Shown here piece after piece: positions 43,198-51,765 of a DNA stretch of 51,765 nt (position 1 is the first letter of the stretch; each line of letters starts with the position of its first letter). A program made the translations under genes and the position numbers. Source of the stretch: a virus (Duplodnaviria; Caudoviricetes); the IMG/VR virus record IMGVR_UViG_3300009788_000125, positions 1-51,765 of that record; one strand, given 5' to 3'. Below the pieces are notes generated by a model. The model saw nothing but the letters and a program-made list of their open reading frames with translations, was not told the DNA's origin and ran no database searches.

Positions 43198-46100
43198 ATG
43201 GGCGAGAACGAAGCGTCGGTCATACTCACGCTCAAGGACAACCTGAGCGAGGGGGTCCGCAAGGCCGGACGCGCAACGTCGTCGGCATTCGCCCGTATCG
43301 CCAAGTCTGCCAAGCGTGCCGGCATCGCCGTTGGGGCGTTCGCCTCTCGTGTCGTCGGGTCGATGCGCCGGGTCGCGGTGTCGGTCGCCTCGGTTGCGAA
43401 GGGGATATTCAGCCTGGGCAACAGCATCAAGGCCCTGGTGGTGGGTGCCCTGATCTTCGGCGTCGTCAAGGGCTTCGACGCATTGATTTCCAGAGGTGCC
43501 GACGTCAAGCGCGTCGCGGAATCGTTCGAGGCTCTGACCGGAGGGGCCAAGGGGTTCGGCAACGAGCTGCTCACCAAGACCCGCAAGGCGACCAAGGGCC
43601 TGGTCGACGACCTCACGCTGATGCGCCAGGCCAACAACGCGATCCTGCTCGGGCTGCCGGCGAGCGCCGAGGGATTTGCCGAGCTGGCGGCGTCGGCGGT
43701 CACCCTCGGTCGGGCCGTCGGGCGTGACGCGAACGATGCGATCACCGACCTGACCACGGGCATCGGACGACAGAGCCGGCTGATCCTGGACAACCTGGGC
43801 CTGGTCGTGAGGGTCGAGCAGGCCAACAAGGACTATGCCAGGTCCATCAACAAGACCGCAGACAACCTGACGCTGCTGGAACAGAGGCAGGCGTTTTTCA
43901 ATGCCGCGATGGATGCAGCACGCACCAAGTCCGAGGTGCTCGGCGGCATCACCCTGGACGCAGCCGACCGGTGGCAGATTCTCAAGAACCAGCTCACGAA
44001 CACCTTCAACGCGATGGTCCGCGGCATCGCCAGCAGCGGCGTGCTGGCAAAGATATTCGAGAAGCTCAGCAGCCGGATCGACGGCATGGGCCTGACCACC
44101 GACGAGACGGCCAAGAAGATCAACCGGTTCGCCATCATCGCTGTGAAGGCGGGGACGGTGATCGGGCAGGTCGGCCTGTTCATGGCGACCGCGTTCGAGG
44201 GTGCCCGGCTCGTGGTGCTCAGTATCGCAGGGGCGCTCAACAAGGTGATCGGGTTCATCTCGGAAGATCTGTTGACGGGGCTGTTCAAGGTGAGCACGGC
44301 CATTGCCGACGTGGCGCAGCGACTCGGCTTCGAGGGTACCGCGACCAAGATGCGGGAGATTGGCGCAGCTATGTTCCGGATCGGCCAGGACATCAAGTTC
44401 GTGACCGATCGGAGCGCCGAGCAGAATTTCGACAGCGCCGCGACCGCAGCCGCGAACGTCGCCGCACTCACGGCCAGCATGGGCGACCTGGACCAGATGA
44501 GCAAGAACCTCACCGACGAGCTGGAGGCCAACAAGGACGTCGTGCTCAAGGGGGCCGGCGCCAGCGGCGAGCTAGAGAAACGTGTCGAGGACGTCAACGC
44601 CGACCTGCGGGCACAGCTCGATGTGCTCTTGAAGCTGCAGCAGGCTCAACTGAAAGCGAACATCACGGCAGAGAGTTTTGCGCAGCGGCTGCAGGAGGTG
44701 CCGAAGGGCAGCGCCGCATTCCAGGAGCTATTCAAGCAGGCGGTGAAGGCGATCCCTGCACTGGAGAAGCTGGCCGAGCCCGACAAGTTCCAGGCACTGA
44801 TCGACGTGCTGGCGAAGTACGACGACCGGGTCGCCAGCATCACGGGGCGCAGCCTGATCCAGTTCGGGGACGCGCAGAAGGAGGCCCGCGTCCTCGCTGA
44901 CGACTTCTTCAACACCATCGACCGCGGCAACCTGAGCGTCGGAGAGCAGGAGAACCTGATCAAGCTCATGAGCGGTCAGATGTCGATCTTGAAGCGATCG
45001 ATCCCTGCTGACGAGTTCAAGCGGCTGGAGCTGGCTCTCGAGCGACTCGGCGGGCTGTTCGGTGGCACCGCCATCGACAAGTTCAACGCTGGCCAGCGCA
45101 AGGCGGTGCAGGAGGCCAGCAGTCTGCAGGCGGCCCTACGCAGAGGGACGCTTACGACGGCAGAGCAGGGCTTCGCATACGGGGAGCTGGTCGATCGGCT
45201 CGACCGGGTCAAGGTGGCGCTCGGTGAGAACAGCGCCGAGTTCCAGGGCCTCCTACATGACATGCGCCAGGTCCGTGACGCACAGGAGGAGATGTTCCGG
45301 CTCACCCCGATGGAAGAGTTCGCAGAGGGGATCGGGCTGATCCGGGACGAGCTTGGCGACTACTCCAAAGACTTCCGGGCCGGCTTCATCGACATGGCGG
45401 CACAGGCGTCCGATGCGATGGCGCAGATGTTTGCCGACGTCCTCTCCGGAGCTACCACCCTGGGCGAGGGAATCAAGCAGGTGGGGCTGAACCTCGTGAA
45501 CCAGATGTTGGCGATGCTGATCAAGATGGGCATCCAGCGGGTCGTGCTGGCCCTGATCAACAAGACCGCCACCGCGGTCGAATCGTCGGCGCAGATATCG
45601 GCTGGCCTGGGCGGGGTCTACGTCAACAGCTTCGCCAGCGCCGCGGCCATTCCGCTGGTGGGCTGGGCGATAGCGCCAGGCATCGCGGCCACCAACCTGG
45701 GGGTGGCCACGGCCGGCGTATCGGAGGCGATGTCGGCCGGCGCAGCCCTGGGGTCCGGAGCTGCAGCAGCCGAGGGCGGCACGACCAGGGGCCCGGTGCG
45801 CACCCTGATCGGTGAGGCGGGCCAGGAAGCCATCATCCCGCTGCAGGGTGCCCAGAGCCGCAAGGCCGCTGCCGTGTTCCTGGGTAGCGTGAACCGGCGC
45901 CTCGACGAGATGGCGACCGCGGGCACACTCGAGGCCGAGGACCGGCAGATGCGGGCGACGGCAGCCCTGAGCAGCGTGAGCGATCGCCTGGAGGTTCTGG
46001 CGCCCGACCCCTCGGTCACCGCCGAGGCCAGGGCCGTGAGGCGCCAGGAGCAGGCCGGTCTGCCCTCGACGGCCAGCCTGGACCGCGTGACCTCCGATAG

Positions 46101-46347
46101 CACCCTGGCCCCGCTACGGGCCACCAGGCGAGCCGAGCCGGCGTCCTCGTCCGACTTGCGGCAGACCATCGCCAGAGCAGTCACCGAGGCGGTGCGGATC
46201 GCCAGCGAAGGCCGGGGAGGGGATACAATCATCGACGTCACCGTCCCGGTCGACGCCCGTGGGCACGTCGGGGCGATCAGCCCGAAAACCCTCCGAGCCA
46301 TCCAACGGGCCGCGGCGCAGGGGGCCAAGGAAGGCATCACCAGATAG
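43198..46347 (+). CDS. Tape measure protein
   Basis: 1049 aa, Ala-rich helical; LILDNLG region and C-terminal AEGG...GP..TLIGEAGQEAIIPL motif. Confidence 0.9.
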   Translation: MGENEASVILTLKDNLSEGVRKAGRATSSAFARIAKSAKRAGIAVGAFASRVVGSMRRVAVSVASVAKGIFSLGNSIKALVVGALIFGVVKGFDALISRGADVKRVAESFEALTGGAKGFGNELLTKTRKATKGLVDDLTLMRQANNAILLGLPASAEGFAELAASAVTLGRAVGRDANDAITDLTTGIGRQSRLILDNLGLVVRVEQANKDYARSINKTADNLTLLEQRQAFFNAAMDAARTKSEVLGGITLDAADRWQILKNQLTNTFNAMVRGIASSGVLAKIFEKLSSRIDGMGLTTDETAKKINRFAIIAVKAGTVIGQVGLFMATAFEGARLVVLSIAGALNKVIGFISEDLLTGLFKVSTAIADVAQRLGFEGTATKMREIGAAMFRIGQDIKFVTDRSAEQNFDSAATAAANVAALTASMGDLDQMSKNLTDELEANKDVVLKGAGASGELEKRVEDVNADLRAQLDVLLKLQQAQLKANITAESFAQRLQEVPKGSAAFQELFKQAVKAIPALEKLAEPDKFQALIDVLAKYDDRVASITGRSLIQFGDAQKEARVLADDFFNTIDRGNLSVGEQENLIKLMSGQMSILKRSIPADEFKRLELALERLGGLFGGTAIDKFNAGQRKAVQEASSLQAALRRGTLTTAEQGFAYGELVDRLDRVKVALGENSAEFQGLLHDMRQVRDAQEEMFRLTPMEEFAEGIGLIRDELGDYSKDFRAGFIDMAAQASDAMAQMFADVLSGATTLGEGIKQVGLNLVNQMLAMLIKMGIQRVVLALINKTATAVESSAQISAGLGGVYVNSFASAAAIPLVGWAIAPGIAATNLGVATAGVSEAMSAGAALGSGAAAAEGGTTRGPVRTLIGEAGQEAIIPLQGAQSRKAAAVFLGSVNRRLDEMATAGTLEAEDRQMRATAALSSVSDRLEVLAPDPSVTAEARAVRRQEQAGLPSTASLDRVTSDSTLAPLRATRRAEPASSSDLRQTIARAVTEAVRIASEGRGGDTIIDVTVPVDARGHVGAISPKTLRAIQRAAAQGAKEGITR

Positions 46348-46437
46348 GCCCGGCAGGGGTGGAACATGGGCAGATGGAGATGGATCCTGGCGGTCGCCGT
46401 CCTGGTGGCAGCCATCACCGCAGCGGGAGGCACGACA

Positions 46438-47631
46438 ATGCTGACGCCACGAATCGTCTACGACACCGACTTCGACGATGGCCTCCCACACATCCCCGAC
46501 CCCGATGTAGAACTCGGCACGGTCGGGAACACGCCGATAGGGTGGAACTCGATCAATACCGGCGAGACATTCGAGGTCAGCGCCGACCAGGCTTTCAGCG
46601 GCACCAAGAGCATCAAGTGCATCGCGAACGCGGGCCCATCCTGGGGACGCAAGCGACTGTATACGGGGTGGGACCCTACGGCCGGCAGCTTCGGGACGCG
46701 AGCGCCGTTCTGGCTCGTGTTCGGCGGCATGGTCTACGGCGTCGCTGGCGAGACATTCCGCGTCGATTTCCGGGAAGCCGCGGAGAGCACCCTCGGGGGC
46801 ATTGCCGACGGGGACCACCTGTACCCGTACAACATCGGCGGCAAGGTGATCACCATCGAGCAGACCGGAGTCTGGCAGCCGTGGGCGACGCACCTTTATG
46901 TGGGCGGCAGCGTCGGTCTTAATGCGAGAAGGCCGGATGGCACGCTCTCGGATTGGGGCGGGACGTCGATAAACGATTACGCATCGCCCGGCAACAGGAC
47001 TCGGTTCGGGTTCGGGGAGGGTCCCCGCGGTGGCCAGATACGACTGGAACTCGGCTCCATGCCGCTTGGGCCGACCTACTTCGACGACCTCTACCTCGGT
47101 CGACAACTGGAATTCGGCAAGCGCACCTGGGAGAACATCCAGAAGGTGACGGATGATTTCAGCATCGATTACGGCGGGCTCGACTCCACCACGACACCAG
47201 ACAGCGTCGCCGGCAAAGATGTCGGCCTGCGAGGCTTCACCGAGACACCGATGGCCGAGCGCACAACAACCAGAGGGAGCAGTGGATACCAGACGGTGGG
47301 CTCTGGGCCGCGAGGCACGACCTACCAGCTCGACACCGGGGTCATCTTCGAGGGCGACGACCAGTACTGGATCGAGGCGCCGAACAACCCGCACGGCCTC
47401 TACACGCATATGTGTGTCCGGTCCTTCGACGCACAGCTCAGGACGTTCGAAGCGTTCGCAGAAAGGGGGATGCCCTTTCGATTCTGGTTGGACCGTACCG
47501 ACCAGACCACCGTCGGTGGATACTTTCCCGTTGCCTACCTCGACAGGCTCACGCAATTCCGTAAGCAGGGCAGTGGCGCACCGCGGTACCGGGCACGCAT
47601 TCGATTTCACGTCCAGGCGGAGCGCCAATAG
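46438..47631 (+). CDS. Distal tail-like protein with inserted beta-sandwich domain
   Basis: Follows the tape measure gene. GGGAGG RBS before ATG 46438; the frame is open from an alternative ATG at 46366. Confidence 0.6.
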   Translation: MLTPRIVYDTDFDDGLPHIPDPDVELGTVGNTPIGWNSINTGETFEVSADQAFSGTKSIKCIANAGPSWGRKRLYTGWDPTAGSFGTRAPFWLVFGGMVYGVAGETFRVDFREAAESTLGGIADGDHLYPYNIGGKVITIEQTGVWQPWATHLYVGGSVGLNARRPDGTLSDWGGTSINDYASPGNRTRFGFGEGPRGGQIRLELGSMPLGPTYFDDLYLGRQLEFGKRTWENIQKVTDDFSIDYGGLDSTTTPDSVAGKDVGLRGFTETPMAERTTTRGSSGYQTVGSGPRGTTYQLDTGVIFEGDDQYWIEAPNNPHGLYTHMCVRSFDAQLRTFEAFAERGMPFRFWLDRTDQTTVGGYFPVAYLDRLTQFRKQGSGAPRYRARIRFHVQAERQ

Positions 47632-47632
47632 C

Positions 47633-48574
47633 ATGGGGGACCCCCGAATCCTGTACCGCGAGGCGGTCGTGCCGAATATGAGCTTCGAGACCGACGCCCC
47701 CGGCACGTCTGGCCCACCTACCGGGTGGCTCCTGAGCGGCACCGTTGGGGGGAGCAGCACACTCGAGACCAGCGATTGGGCGGCTGCAGCATTCCGGCTG
47801 AGCATCTTCGACCAGAGCATCCAGTCGCTGCGGTTCGAGCGGGACTCTGGCGATGGGGCGTTCCAGGTATACGTGCACACCCTGCTCGACCGGAAGGGGG
47901 CCAAGTGGGTGCCGGCCGCTGGCGACAAGATGGTCGTGGCGATGGGAGCCCTCGGCGGAGACGACGCCGCTGGGCCGAACCTGAACACGGCATCTCTCAA
48001 GATCGAGCTGATTGAAAAAGACGCATCCGACGTCACGATCACCACGCACAGCGCAACGATTACATTGGGCGAGAGGCGGTTCGTGCGGGTGATCGCTGAG
48101 CTGACGGCGACGGCCACTGGTGGCGCCGACCACGTGCGCCTCCAGGTCAGCAACGGCGAGAGCGATCGTGTGGTCTACATCGACCAGGTCCTCGTCGGTA
48201 TCGGAGTCGACTTCGACGGCAGGGGTATCAAGCGCGTCGCCCCAGGTGGCGAGCAGGGGTTCACGAAATTCGACGCAGGTGGCGCCAGCGAGGTGACCAG
48301 GGTCGGCAGCCCAACCAACCGGCAGCGACTCGAATTCAACAAGATAGGCGACGCTGTTGACATCGATGCAGATGTTCGTGCGTGGCTCGGGCAGGCCCTC
48401 AAGGGTGAGCCGTTCGCGTTCTGGGCCGACCGGGACTTCTGGACCAACAGCAGGAACCACTACCGCCAGGCGGTGCTGTCGGATCGCGGGGCGTCGCTCG
48501 ACTACCCTCTCCACCCGGTCGCAGCCTACGAATTGATGATGGAAATCGAGACGCCGGTTGAGGTTCCAGAGTGA
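47633..48574 (+). CDS. Second distal tail-like protein with CBM-like insert
   Basis: Begins MGDPRILY (cf. MLTPRIVY of the previous gene); PNMSFE..P.GW...YIDQV CBM-like pattern; GEPFAFWADR (cf. GMPFRFWLDR). Confidence 0.6.
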   Translation: MGDPRILYREAVVPNMSFETDAPGTSGPPTGWLLSGTVGGSSTLETSDWAAAAFRLSIFDQSIQSLRFERDSGDGAFQVYVHTLLDRKGAKWVPAAGDKMVVAMGALGGDDAAGPNLNTASLKIELIEKDASDVTITTHSATITLGERRFVRVIAELTATATGGADHVRLQVSNGESDRVVYIDQVLVGIGVDFDGRGIKRVAPGGEQGFTKFDAGGASEVTRVGSPTNRQRLEFNKIGDAVDIDADVRAWLGQALKGEPFAFWADRDFWTNSRNHYRQAVLSDRGASLDYPLHPVAAYELMMEIETPVEVPE

Positions 48575-51500
48575 CCTACATAGCCAGTCGCGACGACGCC
48601 AATCCGAACACCGTGTGGGTCCTCGACCTTGAGGACCTCGGATTGCGTTACAAGAGCGACAGGGATTACTCGCCAACGACCGCGGCGACGGCTGGCCTCC
48701 AGGTCAACAATGCGCTGAGCGCAGAACTTGACATGGCCACCGGCGAGCTGGAGTTCGACGACTACAAGGTGACCATCGCGGACGCGAGTGGGGCGTTGCT
48801 GTCGTCGCTCTCCGCCAACGACCTCATGGCACGCGGGACCAAGGCGACGCTGAAATACGGTTTCAACGACATCGCTGAGGAGGAGTTCCACCGCATCGTT
48901 CTCTACCTCCACGATTGGGACACGCTCGAAGACGGCGGACTCCGCCTGACACTGCGCACGTCGTTGACGTTCCTGGCTCGCCCGGTATTCACCGACATCA
49001 GCCGGGACAGCGTGGCGCTACTGGCGGCGCTTGCTCCGAACGCCACCACGATATCGTTCAACACAGACCTGAGCGGCGACGGCAAGGACTGGCCAACGTC
49101 TGGCACGGTGATGATCACCAATAACGACACGAAGGAAGTCGAGCTGCTCACCTACACCGGCCTGACCAGGCGTGGGTCGGATCGGTCTGACGCCACGGTC
49201 GCCGCCAGGCGCTTGCGGGACGTCGGGAAGGGCGGGCTGACGTGGCCGGTCGAAACTTCATGCGAACTGGTGTGGGAGCGCAACCTCGACCCGATCACGA
49301 TGTTCCTCCAGCTTGCCACGACGACCGAGGGTGGTGGCAACGGCAGCTATGACCAGGCCGACGGGATCGGGCTCGGGGACAAGGTCGAGGCGTCTGCCAT
49401 TGATTTCGAGTCGTTCGAGGAATTTCGGGACACCCTATTGGTGGCTGGTGTTCATCGCAAGGGCGTCTACGTCGGCAAAGAGGAAATCGACGACCTTGAG
49501 GCGTACTTCGAGGCGGAGTTCCGGACGCTCGGTTGGTACATGACGGTGACCAGGGAGGGGAAGCTCGGGCTCCGCAAGGTCGCAACGATACAGAGCACTG
49601 CAATCGACATCACCACCAAGATCGACCTGGTGAGCGACGAGCGCGTTGCGTGGGATCGCGACATGCAGTCGGCCGAGAACGACACCCGGCTCGAGTACGA
49701 CTACGACCCCAACAGCGGCGAGTACCTCACGTCGATCCCTCTAGGAGATCCACGCAGCAAGGAGGCATTCGGGCAGGCCGGGCTCCTGAGCGTGTCGAGC
49801 CGTGGGCTGCGTGGCGTGCGTGGCCGGTCGTTCGGGTGGCCCGACCTCGGGTGGGACCGGATGCTTGAGCGCAGGCGATGGGAACTCATCACCGAACTGG
49901 CCAACCCGAGCAAGACGATCACCGTCGAGGGCAACCTGAGCCTGCAGGACCTCGAGCTTGGCAGCCTGGTCCAACTCACGCACCCAGGGATCCCCGACCT
50001 GGAGAGCGGCACGATGGGCGTCACCGATGCCCTGTTCTATGTCACCAAAATGGAGCATAAACCGGAGGACCGGCGTGTCGAGCTTGGCATTCGCCAGCGC
50101 CGGCACATGGGGCGTCCGTTCTACATTGCGCCTGACGCGGTGGGCACCTGGGTCAAGACGTTCCGGGCAAACTTCACGCTGGCCAGCGGCGAGAGCTTCG
50201 CGGACGATGCAGGCGTGTGGGACACCGGACGGTATGTTCACCCGGCCACCGGCAAGGGCGAGGACGGCACGCTCACGGCTGGATGGGACACGGCGATCCC
50301 CGATGGCAGGGACCGCGATCTGGCGGTGAGCCCGGACGAGCGGCACGACAGCTACCAGTTCAACGGCAGCGACGACCCGGTGGCGGACGCACGGTTCCGG
50401 CTCACGGGGCTGACGGACGGCATCTACCGGATCAAGATCCTGAGCGGCGACGCCAGCACGACATCGCTGGCCAGCTTCAACGTGAGCGGCTGGCAGATCG
50501 TGTCCGACGACCCGGTGGCGACAGCGGAGTGGAAGGAGTACACCGCATACATCGAGATTGTCGCCGGCCAGGTCCTCACCGTCGCGGCGGGCGGTGGTGT
50601 GGTCACGGTCGGCAACAGCGTGTGGAACAGCCTTGAGGTGGACAAGCTGGACATCGCCAGCAGCGCCGGCTACGGGCACGTCTACAGGCTCAACTGTACG
50701 GGCGACCCGGTGGCAGGGATCGAGAACTTCAAGGGCGTCGACGCACCAGGGTGGACAGGGTTCTACACCGGGCACGCAGGCGTCGAGCGAGCGAGCATCT
50801 ATCCCAGGCAGTATCTCAGCGCACGCAGCACGCTCCGGGCCGGCTGGGTGTTGCCCGATGGCGACCTGGACATCGCCAACCTGGACCGCCGCGGCCAGTG
50901 GGGCGTCACCCTGGATCCCGAGTACAACAGCAGCCATTGGGTCCACGACGGGTTCGGAGCCAATCCCCCGCCGACCAGGACGATCAAGATCAACGTTCGC
51001 AAGGGCAAGTACCTGGTCCTGATCGGGGCCAGTGCTCCCGTGGCTGGTGCGATCCACAGGGTGAACACCAGCGTGAACGGCGTGCTGGTGTTCGACGACG
51101 TGTTCCTGACGCCTCCGAGTGAAATCCAGGTCAGGGGGCTCGAAGTCGACGTGGACAACGGCGTGATCGAGATCGATGTGGGTGGTGGTGCTACCGCGGG
51201 GCTCAACGTCATCTCCACGATCCAGGTCATCGGTCGGGCACCGACGACCTCGCGGCGTGTCGACTTCACTGTCCCTGCCCCTGCAAACTTCGAGTGGGGG
51301 TACGAGGCGGTCGACGGGGTCGACGCATTCAGTACGGGTGCCGGCATCGGATGGGACGTGCTGCCGACGGGTGCTGGTGGCGCTCACCGTGAACTGAACG
51401 ACCCAACCCTCTACATCAAGGGCAAGCGGTGGGACTCGTTCGTCTTCACCAACAACAACACGCCCGCCACGCTCGCCATCACCAAGGACGAGAACGGCGT

Positions 51501-51765
51501 GGCCCTGCCCAATGGCACCTACTGGTTCCGGGCCGGCGTCCATGTGGGGAACCCGAGGCTGATCTATATCCTCGTCAACGGCGTGGTCATCGCCAACGAG
51601 ACTCCCGTCGCGGACGTGTTCAACGAATACGAGGGCGAGATCCAGGTCACAAACGGGCGCGTCGAGGTCACGATCGGGGACGGCACGTCGGGGAGCAGCA
51701 CGGTTATCAATTGGCTGGTCGTCGAGCGCATGGTGTACTACGAAGGCGGCGACGTGCGGCAGCAG
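48571..51765 (+). CDS. Tail tip/hub protein with three C-terminal beta-sandwich domains (3' partial)
   Basis: GTG start overlaps the previous stop. The frame appears open to the window end, which explains its absence from the ORF track. Translates MTYIASRDDANPNTVW...YYEGGDVRQQ. Confidence 0.75.
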   Translation, partial: MTYIASRDDANPNTVWVLDLEDLGLRYKSDRDYSPTTAATAGLQVNNALSAELDMATGELEFDDYKVTIADASGALLSSLSANDLMARGTKATLKYGFNDIAEEEFHRIVLYLHDWDTLEDGGLRLTLRTSLTFLARPVFTDISRDSVALLAALAPNATTISFNTDLSGDGKDWPTSGTVMITNNDTKEVELLTYTGLTRRGSDRSDATVAARRLRDVGKGGLTWPVETSCELVWERNLDPITMFLQLATTTEGGGNGSYDQADGIGLGDKVEASAIDFESFEEFRDTLLVAGVHRKGVYVGKEEIDDLEAYFEAEFRTLGWYMTVTREGKLGLRKVATIQSTAIDITTKIDLVSDERVAWDRDMQSAENDTRLEYDYDPNSGEYLTSIPLGDPRSKEAFGQAGLLSVSSRGLRGVRGRSFGWPDLGWDRMLERRRWELITELANPSKTITVEGNLSLQDLELGSLVQLTHPGIPDLESGTMGVTDALFYVTKMEHKPEDRRVELGIRQRRHMGRPFYIAPDAVGTWVKTFRANFTLASGESFADDAGVWDTGRYVHPATGKGEDGTLTAGWDTAIPDGRDRDLAVSPDERHDSYQFNGSDDPVADARFRLTGLTDGIYRIKILSGDASTTSLASFNVSGWQIVSDDPVATAEWKEYTAYIEIVAGQVLTVAAGGGVVTVGNSVWNSLEVDKLDIASSAGYGHVYRLNCTGDPVAGIENFKGVDAPGWTGFYTGHAGVERASIYPRQYLSARSTLRAGWVLPDGDLDIANLDRRGQWGVTLDPEYNSSHWVHDGFGANPPPTRTIKINVRKGKYLVLIGASAPVAGAIHRVNTSVNGVLVFDDVFLTPPSEIQVRGLEVDVDNGVIEIDVGGGATAGLNVISTIQVIGRAPTTSRRVDFTVPAPANFEWGYEAVDGVDAFSTGAGIGWDVLPTGAGGAHRELNDPTLYIKGKRWDSFVFTNNNTPATLAITKDENGVALPNGTYWFRAGVHVGNPRLIYILVNGVVIANETPVADVFNEYEGEIQVTNGRVEVTIGDGTSGSSTVINWLVVERMVYYEGGDVRQQ

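Larger units (their letters stand above)
1..51765 (+). mobile_element. Near-complete tailed dsDNA bacteriophage genome (siphovirus-like), circularly permuted
   Basis: Terminase, portal, protease/capsid, tail tube, tape measure, lysis and replication modules are all present and co-oriented. Tail genes at the window end continue logically into tail genes at the window start. No host housekeeping genes seen. Confidence 0.93.

Noticed and set aside
32046-51543. Long minus-strand ORFs (e.g. 32046-33668, 36573-38447, 41285-42880, 46114-48153, 49741-51543)
   Set aside because: They are antisense shadows of motif-supported + strand genes in GC-rich DNA and show no recognisable motifs.

Overview
The window looks like a nearly complete, circularly permuted genome of a GC-rich tailed dsDNA phage (siphovirus-like). 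Every credible gene is on the + strand. Gene order: distal tail/fibre genes (1-4.3 kb); lysis cassette (4.3-6.2 kb); recombination/replication module with Rad52/Sak annealase, Cas4/RecB-like exonuclease, UvrD helicase, HNH nuclease, an initiator containing an iteron origin, an SSB-like protein and RusA (6.3-14.2 kb); a long accessory region with an XRE HTH regulator, secreted Cys-rich proteins, two DNA methyltransferases and a cluster of C-C-H-H repeat proteins (14.3-29.5 kb); tRNA-Met plus a tRNA-like RNA; terminase, portal, gpF-like head protein and a protease-scaffold-capsid polyprotein; then neck, tail tube, frameshifted chaperone, tape measure and tail tip genes running off the end. I found no integrase, reverse transcriptase or CRISPR array. 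The most striking unexplained structure is: (i) a palindromic operator-like motif, GGCC-RY-GGCC-TA, in the spacer of five predicted promoters and doubled in front of the HTH gene; (ii) a second dispersed palindrome, GCAANCGAATGCG; (iii) 18 C-C-H-[HC] units in three adjacent genes; (iv) a double-T-loop tRNA-like RNA; (v) a possible beta-signal-ended spanin. All family assignments come from motif recognition by eye, not from database searches.
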